NCBI RefSeq assembly: GCF_009914755.1
Contig: NC_060927.1
Direction: 5' to 3' (one strand)
DNA from: the human T2T-CHM13v2.0 reference genome, Homo sapiens
Length of the DNA: 64,000 nt
Below the pieces are notes generated by a model that saw only the letters and a list, made by a program, of their open reading frames with translations, made no database searches and was not told where the DNA came from. The translations under genes and the position numbers were made by a program. The stretch's first letter is position 1, and the number at the start of each line of letters is the position of its first letter. This document shows, one piece after another, positions 15,411-28,610 of this stretch.

Positions 15411-16113
15411 TGTTCAGTTAAGTTCAGCCTAAAGCTGCCTGCTTACATATTTTAAATCTGGCCTAAAGTTTTCTCCATACATAATGAACTATTACCTAAC
15501 TGGATGTCTAAACAGGCTGTTACCTACTCTTTTACTCTTTTACCAGTCACTGAGTTTTGGCCACTAAAGGTGGCCAACTATTCAAACCATGTTCAAATAA
15601 TGCAAATGCCAAGCTGTAACCAAGCCAACTATTTCTGTTCATCACTTCTGTTTTCTGTATGCCACTTTCCTTTTTCTGTCCATAAATTTTCTTCCATCAC
15701 ACGACAGTGCCAGAGTCTCTCTGAACCTATTTTGGTTCAGGAGGCTGCCCAATTCGTGAATCCTTTTTTGCTCAATTAAACTCTGTTAAATTTAAATTGT
15801 CTAAATTTTTGTAAAGAGATAGGGTCTCACTCTATCACCCAGGGTGAAGTACAGTGGCATGATCATAGGTCACTGCAGCCTCAAACTTCTGGGCTCAAGC
15901 CTCCTGCCTCAGCCTCCTAAGTATCTGGGACTACAGGTGTGGGCCACTATACTTGGCTATTTTTTTTTTATTTTTTAAAGATGGGGTCTTGATATGTTGA
16001 CCAAGCTTGTCTCAAACTCTTGGCCTTAAGTGGTCCTCCCACCTCAGCCTCCTGGGTTGATGGGACTAAAGGCATAAGCCACTGTGCCCAGCTAGAAAGT
16101 TTTTCTTTTAACA
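15411..16113 (+). mobile_element. MER57 solo LTR (ERV1) with an AluJ inserted (15806-16093, - strand)
   Basis: TGTTCAGTTAAGTTCAGCCTAAAGCTGCC...TTTTAACA; 4-bp TSD ATGG at 15407-15410 and 16114-16117. Confidence 0.85.
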
Positions 16114-18734
16114 ATGGTGAATCTCATCTGGTCTAAACCTGTAGCTCTTTATTAAATGGATTCAACTCTTGATTTGAACATAAGAAAAATGCATCGATGA
16201 TCTGATTGATCTACAAATTTTTGTTTCAATTTCATGAGTATAATAAAGCTCAATTTATAAAGCAATCCTGCTCAGTATTTCACTTTGCCAGTATTATCTA
16301 ATTTAAACCTCTTTTAAGGTAGATGTATATTCTTTCTAAATCACAGATGAGAAGGCTGAGGCACATAGGGTGATGTGCTCAGATCACACATTTAGTAAAT
16401 GTGGAACTGGGATTCAAAACCAAGTATCCTTGACTCCAACACCTGACAATTTCTGAGCAGCATTCCCTCCCATGTAAATTATTGATTTCATGAACTGGTT
16501 CTACTTTTGGTTTTCGGTATTTGTACATGCCTTTATGTCTCTCAAAGTTAGTGGCAGCAACTGAAATTAGCTCGGATCTTCCTCCTCTCTGCTCCTAAAA
16601 CTGTCCTGTGCTTCTCTCCAGCCAAGTAGATTCCTTGAGTGGAGAGGTTGTGTTCTGGTCTATACTGCTGTCTGTTCCATGCCCAGAACAATGCCTGACA
16701 CTTACTGGGGCTAACACTCTAAACCACATGAACTATAGACATTGACTAATTCACACAGTCATATTCCTATATATTAAAAAATGCCATAAGAAACAGACTG
16801 CGGTGTTCAACTAGAAATAAAATCAAACATTCCAACTATAAGACCATAGTGAGTGGCATGAATAACTTTCCCAGGAGATTCTTTAAAAATTAAACAGTTC
16901 CATATAAAATTGTAGACATTTCAACTGAAAGATACGTTAGAGAAAAACCTAATAATTCAGTGTAGTGTTATTTGAAATTCAAAAATTGGGTCATCCCACT
17001 CTTCCCTCTTCCTTTTTAAAAACAACAACAACAATAACAAAAAAACAAGTTTGCATACCATGAAGTGAAACAAGAAATGAAATGAAGCTGTGTTCAGTGG
17101 CCTGGAGTGTGATGCTCAAGGGCTCCCAAGAACTTGCAAAAGTCAATATTATGTAGTTATGAATTTTCAGAAATATAAGTAAAGTCAACTTGTAACGTTT
17201 GATTTAACCAATAGGAACTGCTCCAACAACTCAATGTATCAACTCTGAAAACAAATTACTGTATCCCCTGCCTACCCTAGTATTTAGAAGGTCAGTGCCT
17301 CCCTCCTGAAGTGTACCTCTCAACGGCCCAAGTTTGGGTTTAGGCTAGCCAGGCATCTTCAACCCAAGGGGAGAGATCATTGGTCAGGGCTGTCTTTACT
17401 GCTCTAGACCACACGGTGTCACTGTTGAAGACCAGTTGGTTCACCAAACATCTCTGCTGTGAGGAGCCGGGGGTGGGGCGGTGGTGCCAGTCCCTGCTGG
17501 GGCCACATGGCCCTTTTTGGAGGACAATGGCCTCCCACAACATGTAGCTCTGCCCGGGGCCCCAGTGTGGCAGCCCTTTAAATTCATAAAATCAGTTTAC
17601 GTACACCGGAGCTGGCCCCAGAAGCTTTGAGTCAAATGGATTCCACTGTTTACAGAACTGCCTCCCATTGTTTCTTTCTAATCATGGCCAAGGGATAGGT
17701 GGCAGTGTTATTTCCAACACAACTCTGCAACTCAGAAAACATAAAGGGTCTCTCTAATACCACCTTTTTCTAGACAATCTAGGTTACTCACCCTTTACTT
17801 ACCTCTCTTCTGTGGTTTAAATGATATGTATCCCCTTAAGAAAAAACTCCTCCTGGGAGTTCATAAGGCTATTTTTCATCCTGGCCCATAAGAAAAAGTT
17901 GCTTGCACTTCTCTTACTAAAAACTGAAGAGCCACAAGAGAAAATTAGCTTCTCTTACAGGGCTAAGATAAAATAATACCAAATATATTTTCATTCATTT
18001 TTATATTTTAGTAAAGTTATAGATCTGTGATATAATACCTTTGTGATTTTAAATATATCTAATCCCTCAGGGGTATTTTATCCTTTTATTTTCCCCACCC
18101 TCAGACCTGCCCACATTTCCACCATACTCTGCTTAAATATTGTCTGGCCTAATGCCATGTTTATTGAGAAGGAAGTGAACTTGATCAAGTCAGGGGCAAA
18201 TGTGAGACTGAGGGCCCTGACTACTAGTACTTGCTCTTTCCACAGCATGATCCTGTGTCTCCATTTCTGGAGGTATTATTAGGTTTGGAAGGCTGAAGAA
18301 TTACGTACAGACTGGATGGAAGCTGGAAGTGAGTCGAGGTGGGTGGTTAAGTTAGGTCTGTCAGCATCTGCACTGGTTTTCTACTTTCCAGCACTGAATA
18401 CACAAGCATTTGACCAGGGGCCACTGAGTTCCAATTGCAACTGGTCATTGGAGCCACCTCACTCTGCTCTCTATTTTCCATGTCCCTCTCTCCACCCCAG
18501 GTACTTGTGAGGTTCCCACCATGTCCACTCATAGCAACCATGTATTATTGTTTTGACCACCTGGAATCTCCTTTTTCTTGCCTTTTGAGAACTACCCTCT
18601 AGCATTCATGTGATCCTGTTCAGTTGGCCAATCACAGTGGTCTGTTCCAGCTACCCACTGAATTAGGTAGATAGACTTTGCATGGACTGTCAAAATATCT
18701 CAACTCCGGGGCCACAGTGAGTTGTCCTTGTGAC

Positions 18735-18945
18735 CTATCTTAAACCTTTTGTACTGCTATAACAAAATACTATGCTCTGGGTCATTTATAAACAATAGAA
18801 ATTTATTTCTCACAGTGCCTGGAAGCTGAGCTGTCCAAGGTCAAAACAGTGGAATTTGGTGTCTGATGAGGGCCTTTTTGTTGTGTCCTCATATGACAGA
18901 AGCCAGAAGGACATAAAAGGGCCTAAGTTAGCTTTTTTCAGCATT
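18735..18945 (-). mobile_element. MaLR LTR fragment (MST/MLT1A-like)
   Basis: CTGCTATAACAAAATAC...AGAAATTTATTTCTCACAG...GGTGTCTGATGAGGGCC. Confidence 0.75.
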
Positions 18946-19257
18946 TCTTTCCAAACAGATATCAGTAAAATTCTAAGATTTTCCAACTTGATACAAGATA
19001 GGTGAAAGCTCTTCATCTGTCACCAACAATACCAACTAGTCAGACACAAAATACACTCTTCAGCATCTTTCTCTCATTCCAGTTGCCACTCCAGATATAC
19101 AACTGGAGTTGACATAGACTGAAGTTATTGAGTTTGATGATAATACAAATTCAAGTGTAGACTCAATCTCTTTCAACAGCATCCACATGAGGTAAAAAGG
19201 AAAGAAACTAACACTTATTTCTTATTTTATTTTCATCATTCAGTGTGTTGAGTTCTA

Positions 19258-19738
19258 CGATGGCCAGTCTCCAAGGTGGTTCCCAGTGATCCCTGCCTCC
19301 TGTGTAGTCCCTTCCCATCTTGTACTATTGTTGCCCAGTGTGACCAATAGGATATGAAAGAAGGAATAATAGGTAACTTCCAAGATTAGGTATAAAAGAC
19401 TGCAGCTTCCATCTTGGGCTCTCTTTCTCATCACTCACTGTAGAAGAAGCCAGTTGCCTTATTGTAAGAAGCTCTGTGGAGAGGCTCACAGTGTGGAGAA
19501 CTGAAGCCTTCTACCAACAGCTGTGTGGGTGATTTTGGAAGTGGATCCTCCACTAGCAAGCCGTAGATGACAGCAGACCCAGCTGACACCTTGACTGTAA
19601 CCTCTTCAGAGACCCTGAGGCAGAACCTGAGCTAATCTGCTCCTGGATTCCTGGCCCGCAGAAACTGTGAGAAAAAAACTGTTGTTTTAAACTCTTATGT
19701 TTTGAAGTAATCTGCTATGTAGCAGTAAATAATGAATA
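19258..19738 (+). mobile_element. MaLR LTR (MLT1F-like)
   Basis: CCAAGGTGGTTCCCAGTGATCCCTGCCTCC...GAAACTGTGAGA...AGCAGTAAATAA. Confidence 0.75.
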
Positions 19739-20154
19739 AGTGCTTTTCCAAGGTTACCCCCTGAACAATCCTGAGAGATAGTTACTGTCATATTTAACTT
19801 AATCTGAGATGCCTCAATTTGAAGATGACCCATCTATGAGCCCTTCTGTCCATGAGCTAGTCTATGAAATAGTTAAAAGGGCAAAAAATGCTGCTAATGA
19901 ATCTATGACCTGCCCTCAATTGTAAGATACACGCAAATTTCAGGTATGTTATCGGGTGACAAAAATGTGCATCTTATAATTGATGAAACATATTATCTGC
20001 ATTTTGTAACAGGGATTTCTTCTCATACACTGGGAAAATAAAAGCTTTCTTTTCATCCTCATTATTCGGCTTGATGAGGAGTAGCCAGTCAGTATATGTT
20101 TGTTGAAAGGTTTTGTTCTTAATAGAGATGGATATAACATGACTTCTAGGATAA

Positions 20155-20452
<298 letters not shown>

Positions 20453-21477
20453 GAACACAGATCTTGTTCTTAACTATTAATCCGCATGGGAAGTGTTTTG
20501 AAGACATAAATTCTTCTCATTCTCATGTTAATCAAAGGAAGGCTCTTTTCCAGATTCTTAATCAGCACTGTCCTCTACATTTTATTCTGCTTAATTGAGA
20601 ATGTACTGCCTATGGGACCCTTTAAAAATCAGCCTAAGGCAGTTCCCAGCTCCTTAGAATAACTGACACTGAATGTCTACTCCATGCCAGCATTCTCACT
20701 TACGTTACCTGAGCCAGACATTATCATTCCCGTCGGACATATGAGGGAAGAGAAGCTGAAGGATGCTATGAAACTTGCTTAAGATCACAAAACTAAAAAA
20801 TGATAGAAGCTGGAGTTCTACCAGGCTGTTCTCACTGCTCCCCTTCCCATGTCACTGCACCTTCTCTAAAGAATGGTGGTGTGGCCCATCCCTTGGCCTT
20901 AAAGGATTTTCACCGCAAAGCAAAAAAGGCAGCCAAGTTGGGCGAGAGTTTTCAGAGACCTCTCAATGTGCCTTTTACGTGAATAACATGCTGTCTCTCA
21001 TCTTGGGAACACAGAGTGTTTCATAAACATTATCTCATTAGACCTCACAACGCCAGACATTTTCAAACAAACGAGTTAATGTTTGCAGAAAGTCCTTGAG
21101 ATATGAAGATTGTAGGCACAGTATGAATGTACAGCATTGTCCTAAAGCCTGAACAGCTGTCAAAGGGTCACAGCCTTGGAGAGCTTTCCTATGAAAATGT
21201 CAGATTTTTCAAGTCATGGAGATGGAGGCAGGAATGGAGCTGGTCAGGTCCAACGAAGCCATCTCTGGTTGGGGGATGGAATAGATGTATAATTCAGAGA
21301 TGCCAAAGGGAATTCCACTGGCAACTCAGATCAATTATTGATCCTGCTTGACAGGCTGAGGAGAGGTGGATTTCAAAGCCTAGGCTCACTGGCAAGCAGA
21401 ATGAGTAGCGATGTTTGCCATGGGGGTAGAACTGAGTGTTGGAAGCATATGTTCTAGGAATTTACCATTCTTGAGAT

Positions 21478-21870
21478 CAGTGATTCTCAATCATGGCTTT
21501 ATACTAGAATCATCCGAAGAGCTTTTAAAAATACTAATACCCAGGCGTTGCTCCAGATCAAATGAGTCAGAATTTCAGCAAGTGGGGCTTGGTCATCTAT
21601 ATATATTTTTTAAAGTGCCTGGGTAATTCTAACTGGCAGTTCTAATCTAACTCTAAGTGAGATTCAAGTGGTGAGTCTAACCTAACTCTAATTGAGTAGC
21701 ATTCTCTAGGGCAGTAGTTCTCAGCCTTGGCAGTACTTTGAGATTCATGGGCTCTATTAAAAACTTACTGATGTCTAGGTCGCACCTCATATATCCTGAG
21801 GTAATTGATTTGGGGTTTGGCCTAGGCTTTGGGAATTTTGAAAGCTGTTGGGTGATATTTTTAATGCAGA
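21478..21870. mobile_element. Two MER5A-like elements (~21478-21640 and ~21710-21870)
   Basis: CAGTGATTCTCAA / CAGTAGTTCTCAG termini and GGTAATTCTAA / GGTGATATTTTTAATGCAG internal motifs. Confidence 0.65.
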
Positions 21871-21872
21871 CC

Positions 21873-22362
21873 TTATTTTATTTTATTTGGTTTTATTTTT
21901 CCAAATATACAATTTGTTGGGCCTGTTCCTGCATCTTCACCAGAAGCTGGAGCACCTCCGCACTAGGTGTTTCTGGTGTAAATTATTTGAGCTCTGTGCA
22001 CTGAAACTAGTTTGATAAGTCTGTTACTAAACAGCTCCTGAAAGGCTGCCCTGGACAGACAACTTTTAATTTTCAGTCTCTCAGAGACCTCAGTTGGGGT
22101 TATAAGCTTACTGTTGGGACTTTCTTACTGAGTATGTCATATGTAGCTTTGTCAAACAAGACTAGGTTATTGAGCTTGTCCCAAACTTTGCCTTTGGACC
22201 ACTTCTTCTTTCTGTCCTTGCCACCAGATTTGTTCATTGGGTCTCTGTCTTTCTTGTCTGACTTTCCAGTGTCTTTCTTCTTCCTGTCGTCCTTGGGCAG
22301 CATCGCGATGCCCAGGGGACAGCAGCAACCACTTTAACCTCGCTAAGATGTCAGACAAAAAG
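21873..22362 (-). pseudogene. Processed pseudogene of ribosomal protein S25 (RPS25), full length
   Basis: [32 protein letters not shown]...[25 protein letters not shown] resembles RPS25. Intronless, with a 5' TOP-like CTTTTTGTC, a 1-nt deletion near 22115, a later in-frame TAG, a lost stop codon, then AATAAA and an A-rich tail. Confidence 0.93.
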
Positions 22363-22369
22363 CTATTTA

Positions 22370-24087
22370 GTTTTAAGATCACTTTTAAGTTCACAGCAAC
22401 ATTGAACTGAAAGCAAAGAGGGGTCAGCTCACATATACCTTCTTTCCCCACCCCCAACCCTGCAGCCACCTCCATACACACAAAATCTCCCTCACTTCCA
22501 ACATCCTGCATCAGAGCAGTAAATTAGTTGTGATTGATGAACTTCCACTGACACATCATTATCACTAAAAGTCCATAATGTACATTAGAGTTCACTTGCT
22601 GTTGTATATTCTATCGACTTGGACAAATGAGTAATGACATATATCCACCATTATGATGTCATACAGAGTAGTTTCACTCTCTTAAAATTCCTTTATGCTC
22701 CACCTATTCCTCCCTCCCTCCTCACTAACACTTGGCAACCACTGATCTAGTTACTGTCTCCATAGTGTTGCCTTTTCCGTGGCATTTATAGTTGGAATCA
22801 TACCATATGTAGTATTTTCAGATTGGCTTCTTTCACTTCATAATATACATTTAAGGTTTCTCCATGTCTTTTCATCATTTTATAGATCATTTCTTTTTAG
22901 TGCTAGATAATATCCCACAGTGCAGAAGTCCAGATGTATCACAGTTTATTTATTCATTCATCTACTGAAGGACATCTTGGTTGCTTCCAAGCGTTTTGGC
23001 AACTATAAATAAAGCTGCTTGCATAGATTTTTGTGTGAATATAAAATTTCTACTTATTTGGGTAAATACCAAAGAGTGTAATTATTGGATTGTATGGTAA
23101 GAGTATATTTAGTTTTGTAAAAAACTGTCAAACTGTCTTCTAAAACTGCATTCCCATCAGCAACGGATGAGAGCTCTTCTTACTCCACATCCTCACCTGT
23201 ATTTGGTGTTGTCAATGTTAAGGACCTTGACCATTCTAATAGGATTATTATGGTATCTTGTTTTAATTAGAAATCTCTACTGATATCTGATGTTGAGCAT
23301 CTTTTAATATGCCTATTTGTCTTCTGTGTGTATTTTTTGATGATGTGTCTGGTCGGGTCTTTCATCCATTTTTTAATCAGGTTGTTTGTTTTCTTATGTT
23401 GAGTTTTGAGAGTTCTTTGTATATTTTGTGTAACAGTCCTTTAACAGATAAGTATTTTGCAAATATTCTCTTCCAATCTGTTATTTGTCTTCTGATTCCT
23501 TTTGATAGAGTCTTTCGTGGAGCAGAAGATTTTAATTTTAGTGAAGTCCAACTTGTCAATTATTTCTTTTATAGATTGTGCCTTGGGTGTTATATCTTAG
23601 AAAGTCATCTCCATAGGTCATCTATGCTTTCTACAATGTTATCTTCTGGGAGTTTTATAATTTTACATTTCACATTTAGGTCAATGATCCATTTTGAGTT
23701 AATTTTTGTGAAAGGTATAAGTTCTGTGTCTGGATTTCTTTTTTGGCATGTGACGTTCAGTTGTTTCAACACCATTTATTGAAAAAAACTGTCTTTTCTC
23801 TATTATATTGACTTTGCTCCTTTGTCAAAGATCACTTGCCTATATTTATGTGGGTCGATTTCTGGGCTCTATTCTGTTTCATTGATCTATTGTTCTATTC
23901 TTTCACCAATACTATATTGTCTTGATGACTGTAGCTTTTATAGTAAGTCTTGAAGTCAGATCAGACAGTGTCAGTGCTGTAATGCTGCTCTTCTCCTGCA
24001 ACATCATGTTGGCTACTGTGGATCTTTTGCCTTTCCATATAAACTTTAAAATCAGTCTTGACACCCATAAAATGACTTGCTGGGATT
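22370..24087 (-). mobile_element. L1MC-like 3' portion (3' UTR and end of ORF2)
   Basis: Antisense 3' UTR (ACAGCAACATTGAAC...ACACATCATTATCAC); ORF2 remnant RRQITDWKRIFAKYLSVKGL. Confidence 0.85.
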
Positions 24088-25212
24088 GCATCAAACTAAA
24101 AAGCTTCTGCACAGCAAAGGAAACAATTGACAAAATGAGAAGGCAACCTATGAAATGGGAGAAAATATTTGCAAATCATATATCTGATAAGTGGTTAATG
24201 TCCACAATATATAGGGAACTTAATAGCAACAAACAAACAAACAAACAAACAAACCCAAATAGACATTTTTCCAAAGAAGACAAACAAGTGGCCAACAGGT
24301 TTATGAAAAGGTGCTCAGCATCACTAATCATCAGGAAAATGCAAATCAAGACCACAATGCCATATCACCTCACACCTGTTAGGATGACTATTATGAAAAA
24401 GACAAGAGATAACAAACATTGTCAAGGGTGTGGAGAAAAGGGAACCCTTGCGCACTGTTGGTGGGAATGCCTTTAACATGAGTACAGCCATTATAGAAAA
24501 CAGTATGAAGCTTCCTCAAAAAAATAAAACTAGAACTAATATATAATCTAGCAATCTCAATTCTGGGTTTAATACATTCAAAGGAAATGAAATCAGTACC
24601 TTGATGAGATATCTATACTTCCATGTTAATTTCAGTATTAAGTGTCCATTGACAGATGAATAAAGAAAATATATATGTGAAATATTTAAGTCATAAAAAA
24701 ATAAGTAAATTCTTCAACTTTCAACAACATGGGTGAACTTGCAGGACATTGTGCTAAGTGAAATAAGCCAGATATAGAAAGAAAAAAATACTGCAGGATC
24801 TCACTTATATGTAAAATCTTAAGAAGTTGAACTTATAGAAGCAGAGGATAGAATGATGGTTGTCAGGGGTCTGATGGTGGGGAAAATCAGGAGATGTTGG
24901 CAAAAGATACAGACTTTCTGATATAAGATAAGTAAATTCTGAGGATTTAATGTACAGCATGGTGCTTATAGTTTATAATACTGTATTGTATACTTGAAAT
25001 TTGCTAAGAGGGTAGATTGTAAGTGTTCTCACTGCACGCATACACACACACACACACACACACAGAAATGGTAACTATGCGGAGTGATGGATGTGTTAAC
25101 TTAATTGTGGTAATCAATTCACAATGTATATGTATATCAAATCATCACATTCTACATCTTGAATATATAAAATTTTTATTTATTCAGTTATACTTCAATA
25201 AAGCTGGGAAGA
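24081..25212 (+). mobile_element. L1MA (MA8/9-like) 3' portion
   Basis: ORF2 remnant [37 protein letters not shown]...HCWWEC; L1MA 3' UTR ending CTTCAATAAAGCTGG. Confidence 0.88.
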
Positions 25213-27046
25213 AGAATCCCAAAGTCCTGTGAGGAAGGGGAAAATGGGGCAAGAACTAAGGAGGCAATTGTATAATAGAACTACAGTTCTAATTTTTTGT
25301 GGCCAAAGTAATCATATCTGACACATAACTTTATAGTTTATGATGAATTTTCATATGGGATCTAATTGAACCATCCCAATCTTGGTATTCAGGTAGAGAT
25401 AATATTATAATCTCTATTTTACAGATTAGGAAACTGAGGCTCAGAGAGAAAAAGTGACTTGTCCAAGATGAGCAACCACGACCCAAACAAAAGATTCTTG
25501 AGTGAAGCCCAGCACCCTGTTTCTTCAGTTATTCAAATCATATGGTTGCTCAGCTACTTAAAGCTACTTTCTATGTACTTCACAGTTGTTATTTAATTCC
25601 CTGTGACATTAAGAACACAGTTGTCATTTAATTCTCTGTGACATTAAAGAGAGACTAATTTCCAAAGAAAAAAAATTAATATTCACAAAGCCAAATGGGA
25701 GAAAAAAATGCCTACTTCTGGTCTATGGGAACTGCTTAGTTTGCTGTACCTTCAAACCTGTTTCTGAGTGTTGCCAATGGAAGAGTGGAAGATGGGGAAA
25801 CATGGAAAGGGTGGTGGTTAAGGAGGGCCCAGGGAGCCTCTGCAGCCCTCCTTATTCTTTTTCTCTGTACCTGAGCCCAGTTCTCCCACCTGGCATGGCT
25901 CTACAACCATGAAACCCTGATGCCCTCACATGCATAAGAAGCCCTGACAAAGTGGATGTGGATATTTCTCTCACTCTGCAAAATGAGACTCACGATGACC
26001 TGCAATGTGATGCTTCTTTGGGCCAAAAAAAAAAAAAAAAAAAAAAAAAACACAAAAAACCACCCAATTGCTTTCAGGTTGCCTGACTCACAGGGCACCT
26101 TGATGCTCTGGCCAGGGACACTGAAGACTGAATCACCTAGCTTGCCTTTGCAGAAACTATTTACTAATATGTCATTTCATTTCTGTCTTTTTCCAACCTT
26201 AAGCTTTATGTGCCCCTCATCCACAGCATGTCCTTGCCGCCCATGCCTCTACTCCCATGCATAAAAGGAGGCGTAGGCAAATGTACATGGAAGTCTCTTT
26301 TCAACCTCTGCAGGGGATTGTAGGTGAAATATACTATTGCCCACACTTATGTACAAGGATACCCTATGATAAGCATTACTGGGATTAAGAAATATTGAGC
26401 GGTATTTCTATCTCTGAAATTCTATTGTCTCTCCCACTTAGAGAAGACTATTACAAGTCAGCTACGATAGGACTTTTTTTCTCCAAAGTTGTGACATTGG
26501 AAATCAGGACTCCCCTTACAAACCCAGGTAGCTGATTTGTTTAAAGGACACATAGTATTTTCCTAGAGAATTGGAGCAAGAACAACAGGGTAGAAGCCCT
26601 GCAGACCTGTTTGAGTGCAGAAGACACGGACAAAGCATATCCGTGTTCCCATCCACTGAACAGGCAGCAGCTAATAATGTAATGAATTCTCTTCTGTCAT
26701 CCTAAGCTTTTGGTTGTCGTTGAAGTACTCTTCTGAACTCCACCTATTATCATTTAATGAGTGTTTGCTATGTTTCCAGCTCTGTGCTTTTTTTTACATC
26801 TGCTATTCATTCTCTTTCCAAAGCTGTAGCCCCACGGTCTCATAGTTAAATAATTCAGATGTTTTGAGTTAAATAGGTTTTTACAACAAGACTTTTCAGA
26901 GCTAGTGGAAGGTCCATGTGTGTAGTGAATCTTTGGGAAGATTTATTTGGTATATATTATTTCCCAGATTTTTTCAAGGGCGTCTCATAAGACATGTTTA
27001 GTTCAGAAGATGCTACTGAGGTCTCAGAGACTGCTATCTCTTTCTC

Positions 27047-27487
27047 TGTTATGAGTTGAGTTGTGTCTTCTTAAAAAAGACATGTTGAGGTCCATACACT
27101 TTAGAGTGCGACCTTTTTTGGAAATACAGGCTTCACAGAGGTAATCAAGTTAAAACGAAGTCATTAGAGTGAGCCTTAATCCAACATGACTGGTGTCCTT
27201 ATAAAAAGGAAGAAATTTGGACAGAGAGGCAGACATGAGGGATGACAATGTGAGGAGACACAGGGAGAAGATGACCATCTACAAGCCAAGGAATGTCTGA
27301 CGTTTCCCGGAGCTAGGAGAGAGGTCTGTAACTGATCCTTTCCCAGTGCCTTCAGAGGGAGCATGAGCCTGCTGACACGATTTCAGACTTCTGGCCTCCA
27401 GAAACATGAGACAATATATTTCTGTTTTTCTAAGCTACCTACCAGTTTGTCGGACTTTGTTTTGGCAGCCCTAGGAAACTCATATGT
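27047..27487 (+). mobile_element. MaLR solo LTR (MLT1B/C-like)
   Basis: TGTTATGAGTTGAGTTGTGTC...TAATCCAACATGACTGGTGTCCTTATAAAAAGG...GCAGCCCTAGGAAACT. Confidence 0.85.
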
Positions 27488-27666
27488 TCTTCTAGCTGGG
27501 TGGTGGGTAAATCAGGCTCAGTTTCTCCCCTCTTTACTTCTTTATTTTAAAAAATATATTGGAAAACTTCTATCATAAGTATAAAATTAACAAAAATTTA
27601 TCTCCTTTTCCATTGTAATAGAAGTATCCATTTTTATCTAGGCAAATAGCCAGCTACATTAGAAAC

Positions 27667-27875
27667 AAACTTTTCCCGCAAAAGACCACAGAATAAATAT
27701 TTCAGGCTTTGTGTGACATGTAGTCTCTGTCAACTGTTCAGCTCTGCCATTATAGGGGAAAAGCAACCATACACAACATGTAAACAAAACAGTGTTGCTG
27801 TATTCCCATAAAATTCCATTGACAAAGCAGGCAGCAGACCAGATTTGTCCCGTGGGCCATAGTTTGCTGACCCCG
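27667..27875. mobile_element. MER58A DNA transposon
   Basis: AAATATTTCAGGCTTTGTG...CAGCTCTGCCATTATAG...GGGCCATAGTTTGCTGACCCC. Confidence 0.8.
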
Positions 27876-28610
27876 GATTACTGAGCACCTACTATATGCC
27901 AGGCACTATTTTAGAAGTTGGCAATGCAATAGTGAGCAACACAGTCAAGGTCTCTGCTCTCACAGAGCCTGGAAAATCTTGTTCACAGCTGTGTCCTCAG
28001 CACCTTGTGCAGTGCATGACATGCAATGAACAATCCATAAATACTGAATCAGTGAGTGACTGGAAGTCCCCCAGGCAGGAAGAGATGAGCCAAACCTTGA
28101 GAGTGCTAGGCTAGAGGAAAACTCTGGGAACCTTGGGATGCTAACTAACACAAAACAAAAGAAGCTCCACTAGCAGTTTGATTCCTTGACAACAAACAAA
28201 CAAACAAACAAACAAAAATCAATGTGTTCTCATACGCACCGAATGCACCAAAAGACATGTACAAAAATGACCACAGCAGCATATTTCCTAAGATCCCTGA
28301 AAACAGCTAAGATCCCTGAAAGCAACTCAAATGTCCATCAATAGAATGATGGATATTATTCTACCCCATTGAAACATTTCACACACAAGTTTTGTGTTTT
28401 ATTTTTATTTATTTATTTATTTATTTTTCATGTCAATGAATTCAAAGGAATCACACATAGGTTTTTGTATAGAAACAGCACTACATTTCTGTAAGAGGTG
28501 CTTTTTCAAGATATCTATGTTCACTAGTTGTAGCCTACAACTAGAAGGCTCTGTGTCAAACATTCCACTTGCTACTAATTCCTACCATACCCCTCTTTGT
28601 TCCCAGAACA

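Noticed and set aside
17340-17580. Minus-strand frame GQSYMLWEAIVLQKGPC...W faintly resembles L6-family exon 3 (G.GY...A....GP.C...W), suggesting a decayed TM4SF paralog exon
   Set aside because: Few matching residues, gaps are needed, and I saw no matching splice sites or other exons. A tBLASTn or HMM search with L6-family proteins would be needed to revive it.
18950-19190. Coding-like stretch (LQHLSLIPVATPDIQLELT*TEVIEFDD) that might be a pseudogene or transposase relic
   Set aside because: It contains stops and I cannot assign it to a family without a search.
23309-24476. 157-aa and 184-aa ORFs
   Set aside because: Degenerate L1 ORF2 remnants; the 184-aa ORF spans the junction of two opposite L1 fragments.
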